From an uncultured virus (IMG/VR IMGVR_UViG_3300034065_000114) (Duplodnaviria; Heunggongvirae; Uroviricota; Caudoviricetes), in the IMG/VR virus record IMGVR_UViG_3300034065_000114, positions 54,472-74,471 of that record: DNA of 20,000 bases; one strand, 5' to 3'. Positions 1 to 8,489 of the stretch are shown in pieces. Below the pieces are notes generated by a model that saw nothing but the letters and a program-made list of their open reading frames with translations, was not told the origin of the DNA and searched no databases. A program made the position numbers and the translations under genes. Within the stretch, counting starts at the first letter, position 1; each line of letters begins with the position of its first letter.

Positions 1-411
1 CTGTGGGGCCAAGTCGGTCAATACTTCGGCGTTGGCGGCGCCGGTGGTTCAGAGGATTCCTTTGAGGTGAGCCTCGTAGCCACGGCTGCGAGTATCAACG
101 CAGCGCACAGTGCTTGCTACCCCGTTCATACTGGCACACTGCAGGCGATCATCGCGGCCAAGATCCATCAGCCGATCGCGGGTAAGGGTGCGTTTTGCGA
201 CGCAACCCGCGGACTTGGTTTACCACTCACTGAGTGGATGTGCGGCCGCGCAACCGGCCAATCCTGGCTTAAGCAGTTCGAGCCGGATGTGTGGATAGAC
301 CAAAATCAGCGCTGCCCCAACTGGGAAGGCAAGCCGGATGCCGGCGGCAATATGACGCCGGGTGTTGACTTCTTCGAGGTTTACCGATTAGCCGCAGAAG
401 GCAATAGCTGA
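1..411 (+). CDS. Hypothetical protein, 3' part (open at window start)
   Basis: Frame 1 is open from base 1 (LWGQVGQYFG...) to TGA at 409-411. No recognised motif. Confidence 0.7.
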   Translation: MWGQVGQYFGVGGAGGSEDSFEVSLVATAASINAAHSACYPVHTGTLQAIIAAKIHQPIAGKGAFCDATRGLGLPLTEWMCGRATGQSWLKQFEPDVWIDQNQRCPNWEGKPDAGGNMTPGVDFFEVYRLAAEGNS

Positions 412-436
412 CAAGCCTTTCCAGGGAGTGTACAAT
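408..436 (+). promoter_or_regulatory. Sigma70-like promoter
   Basis: CTGACA (408-413), 17-nt spacer, TACAAT (431-436); upstream of a GGAGG RBS and ATG 483. Confidence 0.55.
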
Positions 437-482
437 CAGGCTCTCTGTGCCCACTTTTTACCCACTTGGGGAGGATTATCCA

Positions 483-806
483 ATGGTGACGGACGTAAAT
501 AACGTGCTTATCGGCTTGAACGAAGTCGCTCTTCAACTCGTCAAAGGCATGAAAGACGGCGTGCTTGGCGATTTCGAAGCGTTCTGGTCTGCATACCAAA
601 GCAACCCGGACTTCCAAGCGCGGCTGCAAACCGCCTATCAAAGCCTGGCCGCCTGCCCGGCCGAACTCTCCGGCCTTGGCGTCGGCGACTTCGTCACCCT
701 CGCCGCGACGGAAGTCGGCTACATCCCGCAGTTCATTGCCGCGCTGGCTCAGCCCGCTCCGGCCGCCGCGCCGACGCCGGCCGCTGATCCCGCTCCCGCA
801 GCTTGA
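483..806 (+). CDS. Small helical hypothetical phage protein with Pro/Ala-rich tail
   Basis: GGGGAGGA RBS before ATG 483, a better start than 447. MVTDVNNVLIGLNEVALQLVKGMKDG...; C-terminal PAPAAAPTPAADPAPAA. Confidence 0.8.
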   Translation: MVTDVNNVLIGLNEVALQLVKGMKDGVLGDFEAFWSAYQSNPDFQARLQTAYQSLAACPAELSGLGVGDFVTLAATEVGYIPQFIAALAQPAPAAAPTPAADPAPAA

Positions 807-813
807 TCGCCTA

Positions 814-845
814 GCCTGCTTAGGGGTACCCTAGCCTAAGCAGGC
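814..845. terminator. Intergenic hairpin (possible terminator or processing site)
   Basis: Perfect 11-bp inverted repeat GCCTGCTTAGG / CCTAAGCAGGC with 10-nt loop, followed by an interrupted T-rich tract. Confidence 0.45.
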
Positions 846-872
846 CATTGTTTCCTTTCAGGAGAAACGCCA

Positions 873-1334
873 GTGGTTCTTTCTCTCGATCAAGTGAACG
901 CCGGCGTCCCCTTCCTCCCGGGGCGCGCTCGCTACAATATCGTGACGGATCGCAGCTCTACCTGGGTATCGCATACGATGGCCACGGGCGCTGCGCTTGA
1001 CGGCACGTACACCCAGACTGCAACTCAGTCTGACCCGACGCAGATCGACCCCGTCGTCACCGGCGGCGCCGCAGGATGGACGAACCTGACCCATGGCGGT
1101 CTCTTCACCATGCTCGCGGATACTGGCCGGGAGATCTTGATTGAGGGCTTTACTAACCAAGCAGGGGCTACATTCAGCACGGTTGACCAAAGCGGCAATG
1201 TGCTGCGGTCTACGCTAGACCTCTCGGTCTTGCCGGTTAAGCTTGCCCCCTACGAAACCATCAAAGCGACGGGCGGCGCCACCGGCGGTAAGGTCGCGTT
1301 CCTGGTCCGTTACGACTGGGCGACGATCCTGTGA
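873..1334 (+). CDS. Hypothetical protein, probably virion structural
   Basis: CAGGAG RBS, GTG start, Thr/Gly-rich, GTGA overlap with the next gene. Confidence 0.75.
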   Translation: MVLSLDQVNAGVPFLPGRARYNIVTDRSSTWVSHTMATGAALDGTYTQTATQSDPTQIDPVVTGGAAGWTNLTHGGLFTMLADTGREILIEGFTNQAGATFSTVDQSGNVLRSTLDLSVLPVKLAPYETIKATGGATGGKVAFLVRYDWATIL

Positions 1335-1939
1335 AATACCAAGGACAGCTAGCCCAAGTAGCGATCCGCCTCTTCGACACACTGGGCGTCCCCGTAACTG
1401 GGGTGCTTTACAGCGCGGTCACCGCGAAGATCTGGAAAGCCGGAACCTTGGGGTTTGTGCCCAAAACCCTAGCGTCCGCGGATTGGCTAGAACTCGGCTA
1501 CGGCATCTACATCATCAACTTCTCCCCAACAGACATGAACACCCTGAGCACGTTTGCCTACTACCTGACTGGCGCGGGCTTTGTGCCATACTGGAACACC
1601 TTTGATGTTACACCGGCGCCGCTAAGCTTGCTGGCGAACACCCCCCTGTGTGTCGTCACCGGCAACGTCGTCGACCTAGGAGGCCAGTCCTTCTCGGATC
1701 AGAACCAGAACCTCGTGATCTCGTTCCGCATCGCGAACGTGCCGCAGTCGGTCGGTGGAACCAGCATCGTCTCTTCGAAGTTGCTGACGACGACTACCGA
1801 CGCCTTTGGCAACTTCTCTGTCGCCATCTTGCAGGGCGCCGTGGTTATCGTGGAGATCGCCCCACTCGGTCTACGGCAGAAGATCACGATACCCGCGACG
1901 ACAAGCGCAACTCTTCTTAGCCTTCTTCCCCCGTTTTGA
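1331..1939 (+). CDS. Putative virion structural protein; C-terminal beta-sandwich paralogous to 9358..10356
   Basis: Coupled start. C-terminal CVVTGNVVDLGG...TDAFGNFSVAILQGAVVIVEI resembles fibre-attachment/prealbumin-like folds. Confidence 0.75.
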   Translation: MKYQGQLAQVAIRLFDTLGVPVTGVLYSAVTAKIWKAGTLGFVPKTLASADWLELGYGIYIINFSPTDMNTLSTFAYYLTGAGFVPYWNTFDVTPAPLSLLANTPLCVVTGNVVDLGGQSFSDQNQNLVISFRIANVPQSVGGTSIVSSKLLTTTTDAFGNFSVAILQGAVVIVEIAPLGLRQKITIPATTSATLLSLLPPF

Positions 1940-1956
1940 TAGCATGGGTACCAACC

Positions 1957-1990
1957 ATAGCTAAAGAAAAACCGGGGGCCTATGCCGGTT
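1957..1990 (-). terminator. Leftward terminator: hairpin + TTTCTTTAGCTAT
   Basis: Minus strand AACCGG-9nt-CCGGTT then TTTCTTTAGCTAT; the same 13-mer occurs at 13237-13249. Confidence 0.65.
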
Positions 1991-2014
1991 GTAAGGGTTA
2001 TCGTGTGGACAGGA

Positions 2015-2158
2015 TTAGGTTGTTTGAGCAAATGTGCGGTTGACGAACAGAACGGCGAGAGCGCAAAGGCCTGCTCGCACGACATCCTTAGCAATAGCCT
2101 TAGCTGAAGGTTTGCAGGCTGAGAGCAGCGACAGGAACCAGGACCAGACCTTCTTCAT
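2015..2158 (-). CDS. Small 47-aa amphipathic/membrane protein (not in ORF track)
   Basis: MKKVWSWFLSLLSACKPSAKAIAKDVVRAGLCALAVLFVNRTFAQTT*. AAGGG RBS; fills the gap between the conserved promoter motif and the conserved terminator. Confidence 0.65.
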   Translation of the reverse strand: MKKVWSWFLSLLSACKPSAKAIAKDVVRAGLCALAVLFVNRTFAQTT

Positions 2159-2186
2159 GACATGCCCTTAATTTATATGATATTCT
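2157..2186 (+). promoter_or_regulatory. Possible sigma70-like extended -10 promoter for 2221..3306
   Basis: ATGACA, 18 nt, then TATTCT preceded by TGA, in an AT-rich divergent gap. Confidence 0.35.
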
Positions 2187-2204
2187 TTCCAAGTTACTTA
2201 TACC
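2183..2204 (-). promoter_or_regulatory. Putative phage-specific promoter, copy 1
   Basis: Minus strand GGTATAAGTAACTTGGAAAGAA; 17/22 identical to 14116-14137. The GGTATAAG core ends 38 nt before ATG 2158. Confidence 0.65.
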
Positions 2205-2220
2205 CATAAAGGGACGGAAA

Positions 2221-3306
2221 ATGTTGAAGTTAGCTAATCAAGTCATCGACGCCTACGACGACGTCGAGCGCGAAGGCCTGAAGAAGCTGGCGGCGCTCGG
2301 ACCGTCCATCCACTACATGACACCGGAAGAGCGCGGCGCGCTGCGCGACGGTGACTTTGCGTTATCTCTGATAACCAAGAAGGCATCGAAGCTCAACAAG
2401 TTCGCCATCGACTCCCACGACAACACCTGGCTGTCCAACCACTACTTCGACATGAACTGCCACAAGCTCCCCGAGACTGCCGCGAAGCTCGCGGCGGCCA
2501 ACATCAAGACGGCGTGCGCGCGTCATGGCATCGCTCCCATGCCGGCGGTTGTGATCTTTGCCGGAATGCACAAAGAGGCTGGCGCCGGCAATACCTTCTG
2601 CGAAGGCGCAGATACCAAGCTGGCCAAAGCCAACATCGTGCAAGTCGACTTGACCAAGCTCGCCAATGTCCACCAGATGGGCGAAAACTATACACACGCG
2701 CAGTACGCTATGCGCACTCCTGCTGCCGTGAAGATTGCCTCGAAGTACTTCGACGACAACCACAAGGAGATGCAAGTTGAGGCGCGCCACAAGTACGCCG
2801 CGGCCATCCAGCGAAGAGCACATGAGCTTGGGATGCCGGCTGAAAAGAGCATGGTCGGCAAATATGCCTCGGATCATTATAGTGGTCTTGTTGATGCTCA
2901 TGTTCGCGCTCGGCTTTCCCTTCTTGATGAAAGCACAAATAAAGAGATTCTTTCGAAGATCGCGTCGATGCGCAGCGAGCTCAGCCCCACCGACTTCGCC
3001 CGCGCGCTCTACGGCTTCGACAAGAAGGCGGGATTGTCCCGTTATTACGGGTCGCATCTGACCGATCCGTTTCAAGCAACGTTCGCTGCCGAGCCGGACC
3101 AAAAGCCCTGGCGCGTCAAGGTCGGCTCCGCCTCGATGGGCCGGGACGACCTGAAGATGCTGGCTAACGAGAAGTACGCCAAGATCAAGGATTACTTCGG
3201 CTCAAGCGTTGCTGACGAGTTCCGCAAAGACCCTCAAAGCATCTTCGAATCTTTGCCGATGGACAGCAAAGAAGTCCTGGCGGGCATTTTCAATGGCACA
3301 GCCTGA
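2221..3306 (+). CDS. Putative head-associated protein with two DUF6582-like repeats, KxA-rich
   Basis: EERGALRDGDFAL...KFAIDS...YF...AAANIKTACARHGI and YAMRTPAAVKIASKYF...YAAAIQRRAHELGM; about 15 K-x-A motifs. Confidence 0.7.
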   Translation: MLKLANQVIDAYDDVEREGLKKLAALGPSIHYMTPEERGALRDGDFALSLITKKASKLNKFAIDSHDNTWLSNHYFDMNCHKLPETAAKLAAANIKTACARHGIAPMPAVVIFAGMHKEAGAGNTFCEGADTKLAKANIVQVDLTKLANVHQMGENYTHAQYAMRTPAAVKIASKYFDDNHKEMQVEARHKYAAAIQRRAHELGMPAEKSMVGKYASDHYSGLVDAHVRARLSLLDESTNKEILSKIASMRSELSPTDFARALYGFDKKAGLSRYYGSHLTDPFQATFAAEPDQKPWRVKVGSASMGRDDLKMLANEKYAKIKDYFGSSVADEFRKDPQSIFESLPMDSKEVLAGIFNGTA

Positions 3307-3997
3307 GGTCAACGACCCCAAAGGGCTGGACGCCCTGCGCACAGCCAAGGCCGCGGTCAAGTTCGCAGAGAACCCGCAGAAGGCAGTCGTGCGCGCCATC
3401 GTCCGCTCTGCTCTTGAAAAGAACGGTGGGCTTTCCCCGTTGAAGATATTTTCAATGTTGAACGACCACTACGGCCACGAGTGGTGGGACTGGGAGCCCG
3501 AGACCATCTGGTCAACACTCGCCGCACAGCACGGCCTGGCAATTACGCCAGAGCTGCGTAACATCGTCGGCGCCCTTCAAACTACGCTGAACACCAACTT
3601 CGCGTTCGAGCTCTGGCACGTCTTTGAAAAGACCGGGCTGGCCTTCAATCTGCATCACGTCGACCCTGACGTGGTGCAGCCGCTCGAGCCGAATGAAGCC
3701 TCGCTCACAATTTTCATCCTAAAAATGCTGAGGCCGAAGCTTGACTTCGAGCCCGATGTGCTTGGCTATGTTGCCGCGCTGTGCCACGAGGCCGGCCTGG
3801 TCTATGCTCCGCCTGAGCTCTTCGGCCCCGTTGGCGCGCAAGGCTGGCTGGAGAAGATTGCCCCCGACCATAGCGGAGTTGGACACCAAACCGCGATGGC
3901 CTGGCCGCGCAAGCCTAGCGAAAGCGACCCGCCTGCGCTTAGAATACAGCTGGCCCGGCTCCATGAGATTAAAGACTATGTAAAAGCGAGGTTATAA
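3293..3997 (+). CDS. Hypothetical phage protein
   Basis: ATG 3293 (MAQPEVNDPK) overlaps the upstream gene's end. Motif YGHEWWDWEPETIW; TAATG coupling to the next gene. Confidence 0.75.
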   Translation: MAQPEVNDPKGLDALRTAKAAVKFAENPQKAVVRAIVRSALEKNGGLSPLKIFSMLNDHYGHEWWDWEPETIWSTLAAQHGLAITPELRNIVGALQTTLNTNFAFELWHVFEKTGLAFNLHHVDPDVVQPLEPNEASLTIFILKMLRPKLDFEPDVLGYVAALCHEAGLVYAPPELFGPVGAQGWLEKIAPDHSGVGHQTAMAWPRKPSESDPPALRIQLARLHEIKDYVKARL

Positions 3998-6183
3998 TGC
4001 GCAAGCTCTTACTGGCCCTGGCCATCCTTGGCTTCGCTCCTACCGCGATGGCGGACACACCACCAGCACGAGTTATCAATGCTGAAGCATACGATGCTGC
4101 GGGTAACCCTATCGGCAGCACCAGCGGCAGCCTCAACGTCAACGTGACGAATCCGACTGGTCTGCCTGCGGGGGCGTCGACCGCCACGCTTCAGACCGCG
4201 GGGAACACCACGCTATCCTCGATTGACACCGCGCTCAGCTCGGTTTCGACCGCGGCCAATCAGGCGTCTGAAATAACCTACCTCAACGACATCAACGGTA
4301 AGATCTCGGCCTTCAACTTGAACACGAGCGGCGCCGAATACGACCAGGGCGTGTCGCTGCGCTTCGCCTCCCCTGGTGGCTCAATCCCGGCCGGTGTCGA
4401 TGCAAACCCCCTGCGCGTAGACCCCACTGGAACGACGACTCAGCCCGTAAGTGCCGATTCGCTTCCGCTGCCTACTGGAGCGGCAACGGAGTCGACGCTC
4501 TCCACCCTCAATGGGAAGCTGACGACAACGTCGAATGGGATCAAGGTGGACGGCTCAGCGACAACCCAACCAATCTCGGCCTCCGCGCTACCTTTACCGA
4601 CGGGTGCCTCAACTGATGCCACGCTCAGCGCCCTCAGCGCCAAGCTAGGCACGCTCGGGCAGAAGGCCATGGCGGGCTCGGCCCCGGTCGTGATCGCCTC
4701 TGACCAGGCACCCATCCCGGTGTCCGGTACGTTCAGTGCCACGAACCCGTCCATTGCCACGAACGGCTCGGCCATCCCGGCGAGCTCTACCCAGGTGGGC
4801 GGCAAAGACAACTCAGGCAACCTCCAGCCACTTCAGCTGACGTCCACCAAAGCCCTGATCGTGGACGCCTCGGCCACCACGCAGCCCGTCAGCGGGACGT
4901 TCTGGCAGGCCACGCAGCCTGTCTCAGGAACGATCGCCGTCTCGAACCTCCCCGTCACTCAGCCGGTGAGTGTAGCAAGTCTGCCTCTGCCAGCGGGTGC
5001 GGCAACGTCCGCCCTACAAAGCACGGGGAACACCTCGCTCTCCGACATCGACACCAAGCTCCCTGCGCTTGTCAGCAGCCGTGTCCCCGTGGACGGATCT
5101 GGCGTAACTCAGCCAGTTAGTGGCACGTTTTGGCAGACGACACAGCCCGTAAGTGGCACGGTCACGGTCAACCAGGGAACGGCTGGCGCCTCGGCTTGGA
5201 AGGTAGACGGGTCCGCAGTGACGCAGCCTGTCTCCGGCACCTTCTGGCAGGCCACGCAGCCCGTCAGTGGCACCGTGACGGCCAACGCCGGCACAGGGAC
5301 GTTCGCGGTCAGCGCCGCGAGCCTCCCGCTTCCGACCGGTGCCTCGACGGCGGCTAAGCAGCCAGCGCTCGGCACGGCGGGTACGGCCTCCACAGATGTC
5401 ATCACGGTGCAGGGCATCGCGTCCATGACCGCTCTGAAGGTGGATGGCTCAGCTGTTACCCAGCCCGTCTCCGGTACCTTCTGGCAGTCGACCCAGCCGG
5501 TGAGCGCGGCGAGCTTGCCTCTGCCAGCCGGTGCGGCCACCAGTGCGCTGCAAACGACCGGCAATACGTCCCTCTCCGACATCGACACGAAGACGGCAAC
5601 GCTCGTCAGTGGTCGCGTGCCAGTTGACGGGTCCGGTGTGACCCAGCCCGTGAGCGGGACGTTTTGGCAGGCCACCCAGCCCGTCAGCGGCTCAGTCAGC
5701 GTGTCCAATTTCCCTGGCTCGCAGGCGGTCACTGGGACCTTCTGGCAGTCCACGCAGCCGGTGAGCCTGGCAACCGTCCCACTGCCCTCGGGAGCGGCCA
5801 CGTCCGCCAATCAGGCGACGGAAATCTCGTCGCTGTCGTCGATCGCGGCCTCGGTGGCGGCGCCCCAGGCAAGTCCGGTGGGCCGGAGCTATGCCGACAG
5901 CATTAGGAACGTCTACAGTTCGACGACGGTCGGGACGGTCAGTTGGGTGCAGGTGAGTGCCTCCACGGCCGCCACCATGAATGTCGTGTCGATCTTCGAC
6001 AGCTGCGGGCAGGTCCTGGAGCTTGGTGTTGGTGCCCTGGGCAGCGAGGTGCGGAAGACGCTCATCCCGCCCGGCGGCCTCTACAACTGGCCCCTTCTGA
6101 TCCCAGGAGGCTCGCGCATATCGCTGCGGGCGGTAAGCGCGACGTGCTCCAAAGGAGAATTTGACATGACGGGTCTCAATTGA
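3997..6183 (+). CDS. Repeat-rich fibre/surface protein with signal-peptide-like N-terminus
   Basis: GAGG RBS; MRKLLLALAILGFAPTAMA-D; many TQPVS, GTFWQ and LPLPxGA repeats; about 95-aa globular C-terminal domain. Confidence 0.8.
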   Translation: MRKLLLALAILGFAPTAMADTPPARVINAEAYDAAGNPIGSTSGSLNVNVTNPTGLPAGASTATLQTAGNTTLSSIDTALSSVSTAANQASEITYLNDINGKISAFNLNTSGAEYDQGVSLRFASPGGSIPAGVDANPLRVDPTGTTTQPVSADSLPLPTGAATESTLSTLNGKLTTTSNGIKVDGSATTQPISASALPLPTGASTDATLSALSAKLGTLGQKAMAGSAPVVIASDQAPIPVSGTFSATNPSIATNGSAIPASSTQVGGKDNSGNLQPLQLTSTKALIVDASATTQPVSGTFWQATQPVSGTIAVSNLPVTQPVSVASLPLPAGAATSALQSTGNTSLSDIDTKLPALVSSRVPVDGSGVTQPVSGTFWQTTQPVSGTVTVNQGTAGASAWKVDGSAVTQPVSGTFWQATQPVSGTVTANAGTGTFAVSAASLPLPTGASTAAKQPALGTAGTASTDVITVQGIASMTALKVDGSAVTQPVSGTFWQSTQPVSAASLPLPAGAATSALQTTGNTSLSDIDTKTATLVSGRVPVDGSGVTQPVSGTFWQATQPVSGSVSVSNFPGSQAVTGTFWQSTQPVSLATVPLPSGAATSANQATEISSLSSIAASVAAPQASPVGRSYADSIRNVYSSTTVGTVSWVQVSASTAATMNVVSIFDSCGQVLELGVGALGSEVRKTLIPPGGLYNWPLLIPGGSRISLRAVSATCSKGEFDMTGLN
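4435..5810 (+). repeat. Coding repeats (VDGSxVTQPVSGTFWQxTQPVS and SLPLPxGAATS)
   Basis: About 13 TQPVS, 6 GTFWQ and about 6 LPLPxGA units; a 60-aa block is duplicated at 4978-5157 and 5512-5691. Confidence 0.9.
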
Positions 6184-8468
6184 AGAAAAATCTGCTGCTT
6201 GGCCTGATGGCGTTCTTCAGCGCGACTGTTGCCTTGGGACAGGGCAACCCGGCCTATTACGCCGGCTCGCTCATGCAGATCTATCCGACGACAGGCATTT
6301 ACCTGGACACGAGCCGCACCCTGCGGTTGGGGTCCGACAACGGCACGAACTATGTCGAGCTTGGCGCTCCGACGGGCATGTCAAGCAATTGGAGCTTAAC
6401 GATGCCATCGACAGCCGGAAGCTCCGGGCTCCCATTGGTCACCGATGGTTCAGGCAATGCGTCTTGGAGCCTGGGAAATCAATCGTCGGCGTTAACAAGC
6501 GGGTACCTGTCTTCTACCGACTGGAACACGTTCAACAATAAGCAAAGCTCTCTGACTTTTGGGTCAATCAGTACGACCACAACAGGCGTGACGATCGGCA
6601 GCGGAAACAACTCTACGGTCGGGCCTAATGTCACAGTGAACATTCAAACGGCGAGCACGTCTCAGCCAGGCATTTTGGCTGCGGCAGATTGGAATACGTT
6701 TAATAATAAACAGCCATCCGGGAACTATATCACTGCGCTGACAGGCAACGTGGTGGCGAATGGACCGGGTAGCGTGAGCGCTACCATTCAGGCCAACGTA
6801 GTTTCAAACTCGATGTTGTCGCAAATGGCGACCAACACCATCAAGGGTAACAACACCGGATCGACCGCCAACGCTGCTGACCTGACCACGGCGCAAGTCG
6901 CGGCCATCTTACCAGCGTTTATTGGTGATAGCGGCGCCGGCGGAACACAAGGCCTTGTTCCTGCTCCTCCGACTGCCTCGCGGCAATATGCCGACTACCT
7001 ATCGGCCAGCGGAAGCTGGGCATATGTCGATCAAGCTCAGCCGATATACCCGGCGTTCAGCTTTGTAAATCAGACAGCGTCACCGCTGACAGCCACAAAA
7101 TATGAAAACGTCGCTGTCTATACTGGCATTGATGGGTACAAGCAATACGCTGCGATTGTCGCTGGCGGCGGTACTGGTACTCTTTTTATCTACGACGTGA
7201 CCGATCCAAATATCCCTGTGTACATCAACAAAATTGTATTGTCGGGGGCATACAATTTATCCATTGCCACAATATCTGGATCGGTTTACGCGTTCATTCC
7301 TTCTAGTGGTGGATCGACTCTTTACATTGAAAACATCACAAACCCATATTCGATCAGCACCTATTCGAGCCTTGCCTTAAGTGGTAGCCCAGGTGCTCTA
7401 TACTCTTGCCAATACGCCAACGGGTATGTCTATGTCGCAACACAAAACAAGGGATTGACGGTCGTAGACGTTGGCGGTGGACTGGCTGGCGGCACACTTG
7501 CCGTGCCAATCCAAAGCTTCCAAGAGGGTGGCACAACCAACAAAACAGCGGGCGTCGCCGTCAGCGGAAACTACGTTTACACAACCAACTATCAAACGAG
7601 CTTTCCTGCCACCGTTCGATATTTTAAAACCTGGGAACTAGCGGCAGGCGGCGGCACTCTTGCCGTACCGTTTCTTGCCAATACGTTCACCGTCGCTGGT
7701 GGTCCGACAGGAACTTCAAGTAAGCCTCAGGGAGTTTCGATCAGTTCGAGCGGCACGACGGCCTTTGTCACCGACGGAAATCAGTCAGTTTACGATATTA
7801 TTGATATCACCACGCCGACCAGCCCAGTCTATTTGACGTATGTGACACCCACTTTTCCAACGGTCCCCAACAACACGCTCGGCGTGGCCATTCAGAGCGG
7901 AAACTACCTTTATATTTCAAGTGGAGCCAATGCCACATACGGCGGCGCCATAGACTTCTTTGACATCACGAATAGATCTAGTCCGGTAAAAATCAGTACG
8001 GTTTACAACAACGACCCTTCGTCGCCATTTGGCGGCATCGCACTGGCCAATGGGTACATTTACGTTGCCGACTACGGTTCTGCAGCTGGTTTAAGTTATC
8101 TCGATATCTTCACTCAGCCTCAGATGAGCGTTCCATTTGGCAATCAAGTCGGTTCAACACTTTCTGTAAAAGGACTCACTGAGGGAATAACTCCAGTGAC
8201 GGCCTCCTATACAGCGCTTACCACCGACACCACGATCATGGCCAACGCATCGGCGGCCGCCTACACGGTCACGCTTCCAACTGCGGTAGGAATAGCTGGT
8301 AAGATCTACAACATAAAGAAAACCGACAGCAGTGCCAACGCCGTGACTGTTGGAACGACTTCGTCTCAAAACATCGAAGGCAGCACGACATATTCATTAT
8401 CTGTGCAGTATAAATATGTTGACGTGATAAGCGACGGAACGCAGTGGTGGGTGATTGGAAACAATTAA
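6180..8468 (+). CDS. Tail-fibre/adhesin-like protein with LVIVD-like beta-propeller repeats and signal-peptide-like N-terminus
   Basis: TTG start; two DWNTFNNKQ repeats; IYDVTDP, IENITNP, IIDITTP and FFDITNR blades; C-terminal VTLPTAVG...YNIKKTDSSANAVTV...SDGTQWWVI fibre-type domain. Confidence 0.75.
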   Translation: MKKNLLLGLMAFFSATVALGQGNPAYYAGSLMQIYPTTGIYLDTSRTLRLGSDNGTNYVELGAPTGMSSNWSLTMPSTAGSSGLPLVTDGSGNASWSLGNQSSALTSGYLSSTDWNTFNNKQSSLTFGSISTTTTGVTIGSGNNSTVGPNVTVNIQTASTSQPGILAAADWNTFNNKQPSGNYITALTGNVVANGPGSVSATIQANVVSNSMLSQMATNTIKGNNTGSTANAADLTTAQVAAILPAFIGDSGAGGTQGLVPAPPTASRQYADYLSASGSWAYVDQAQPIYPAFSFVNQTASPLTATKYENVAVYTGIDGYKQYAAIVAGGGTGTLFIYDVTDPNIPVYINKIVLSGAYNLSIATISGSVYAFIPSSGGSTLYIENITNPYSISTYSSLALSGSPGALYSCQYANGYVYVATQNKGLTVVDVGGGLAGGTLAVPIQSFQEGGTTNKTAGVAVSGNYVYTTNYQTSFPATVRYFKTWELAAGGGTLAVPFLANTFTVAGGPTGTSSKPQGVSISSSGTTAFVTDGNQSVYDIIDITTPTSPVYLTYVTPTFPTVPNNTLGVAIQSGNYLYISSGANATYGGAIDFFDITNRSSPVKISTVYNNDPSSPFGGIALANGYIYVADYGSAAGLSYLDIFTQPQMSVPFGNQVGSTLSVKGLTEGITPVTASYTALTTDTTIMANASAAAYTVTLPTAVGIAGKIYNIKKTDSSANAVTVGTTSSQNIEGSTTYSLSVQYKYVDVISDGTQWWVIGNN

Positions 8469-8489
8469 ATACCTTAGCAAGGGGCTAAA

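Noticed and set aside
447..482. Track start at 447
   Set aside because: The strong RBS points to ATG 483.
3209..3292. Track start at 3209
   Set aside because: It overlaps the upstream gene by about 100 nt; ATG 3293 is the more plausible coupled start.
4860..5770. Repeats as a CRISPR array or DGR template/variable pair
   Set aside because: They are in-frame coding repeats varying at synonymous positions, with no fixed repeat-spacer period, no adenine-specific variation and no reverse transcriptase in view.
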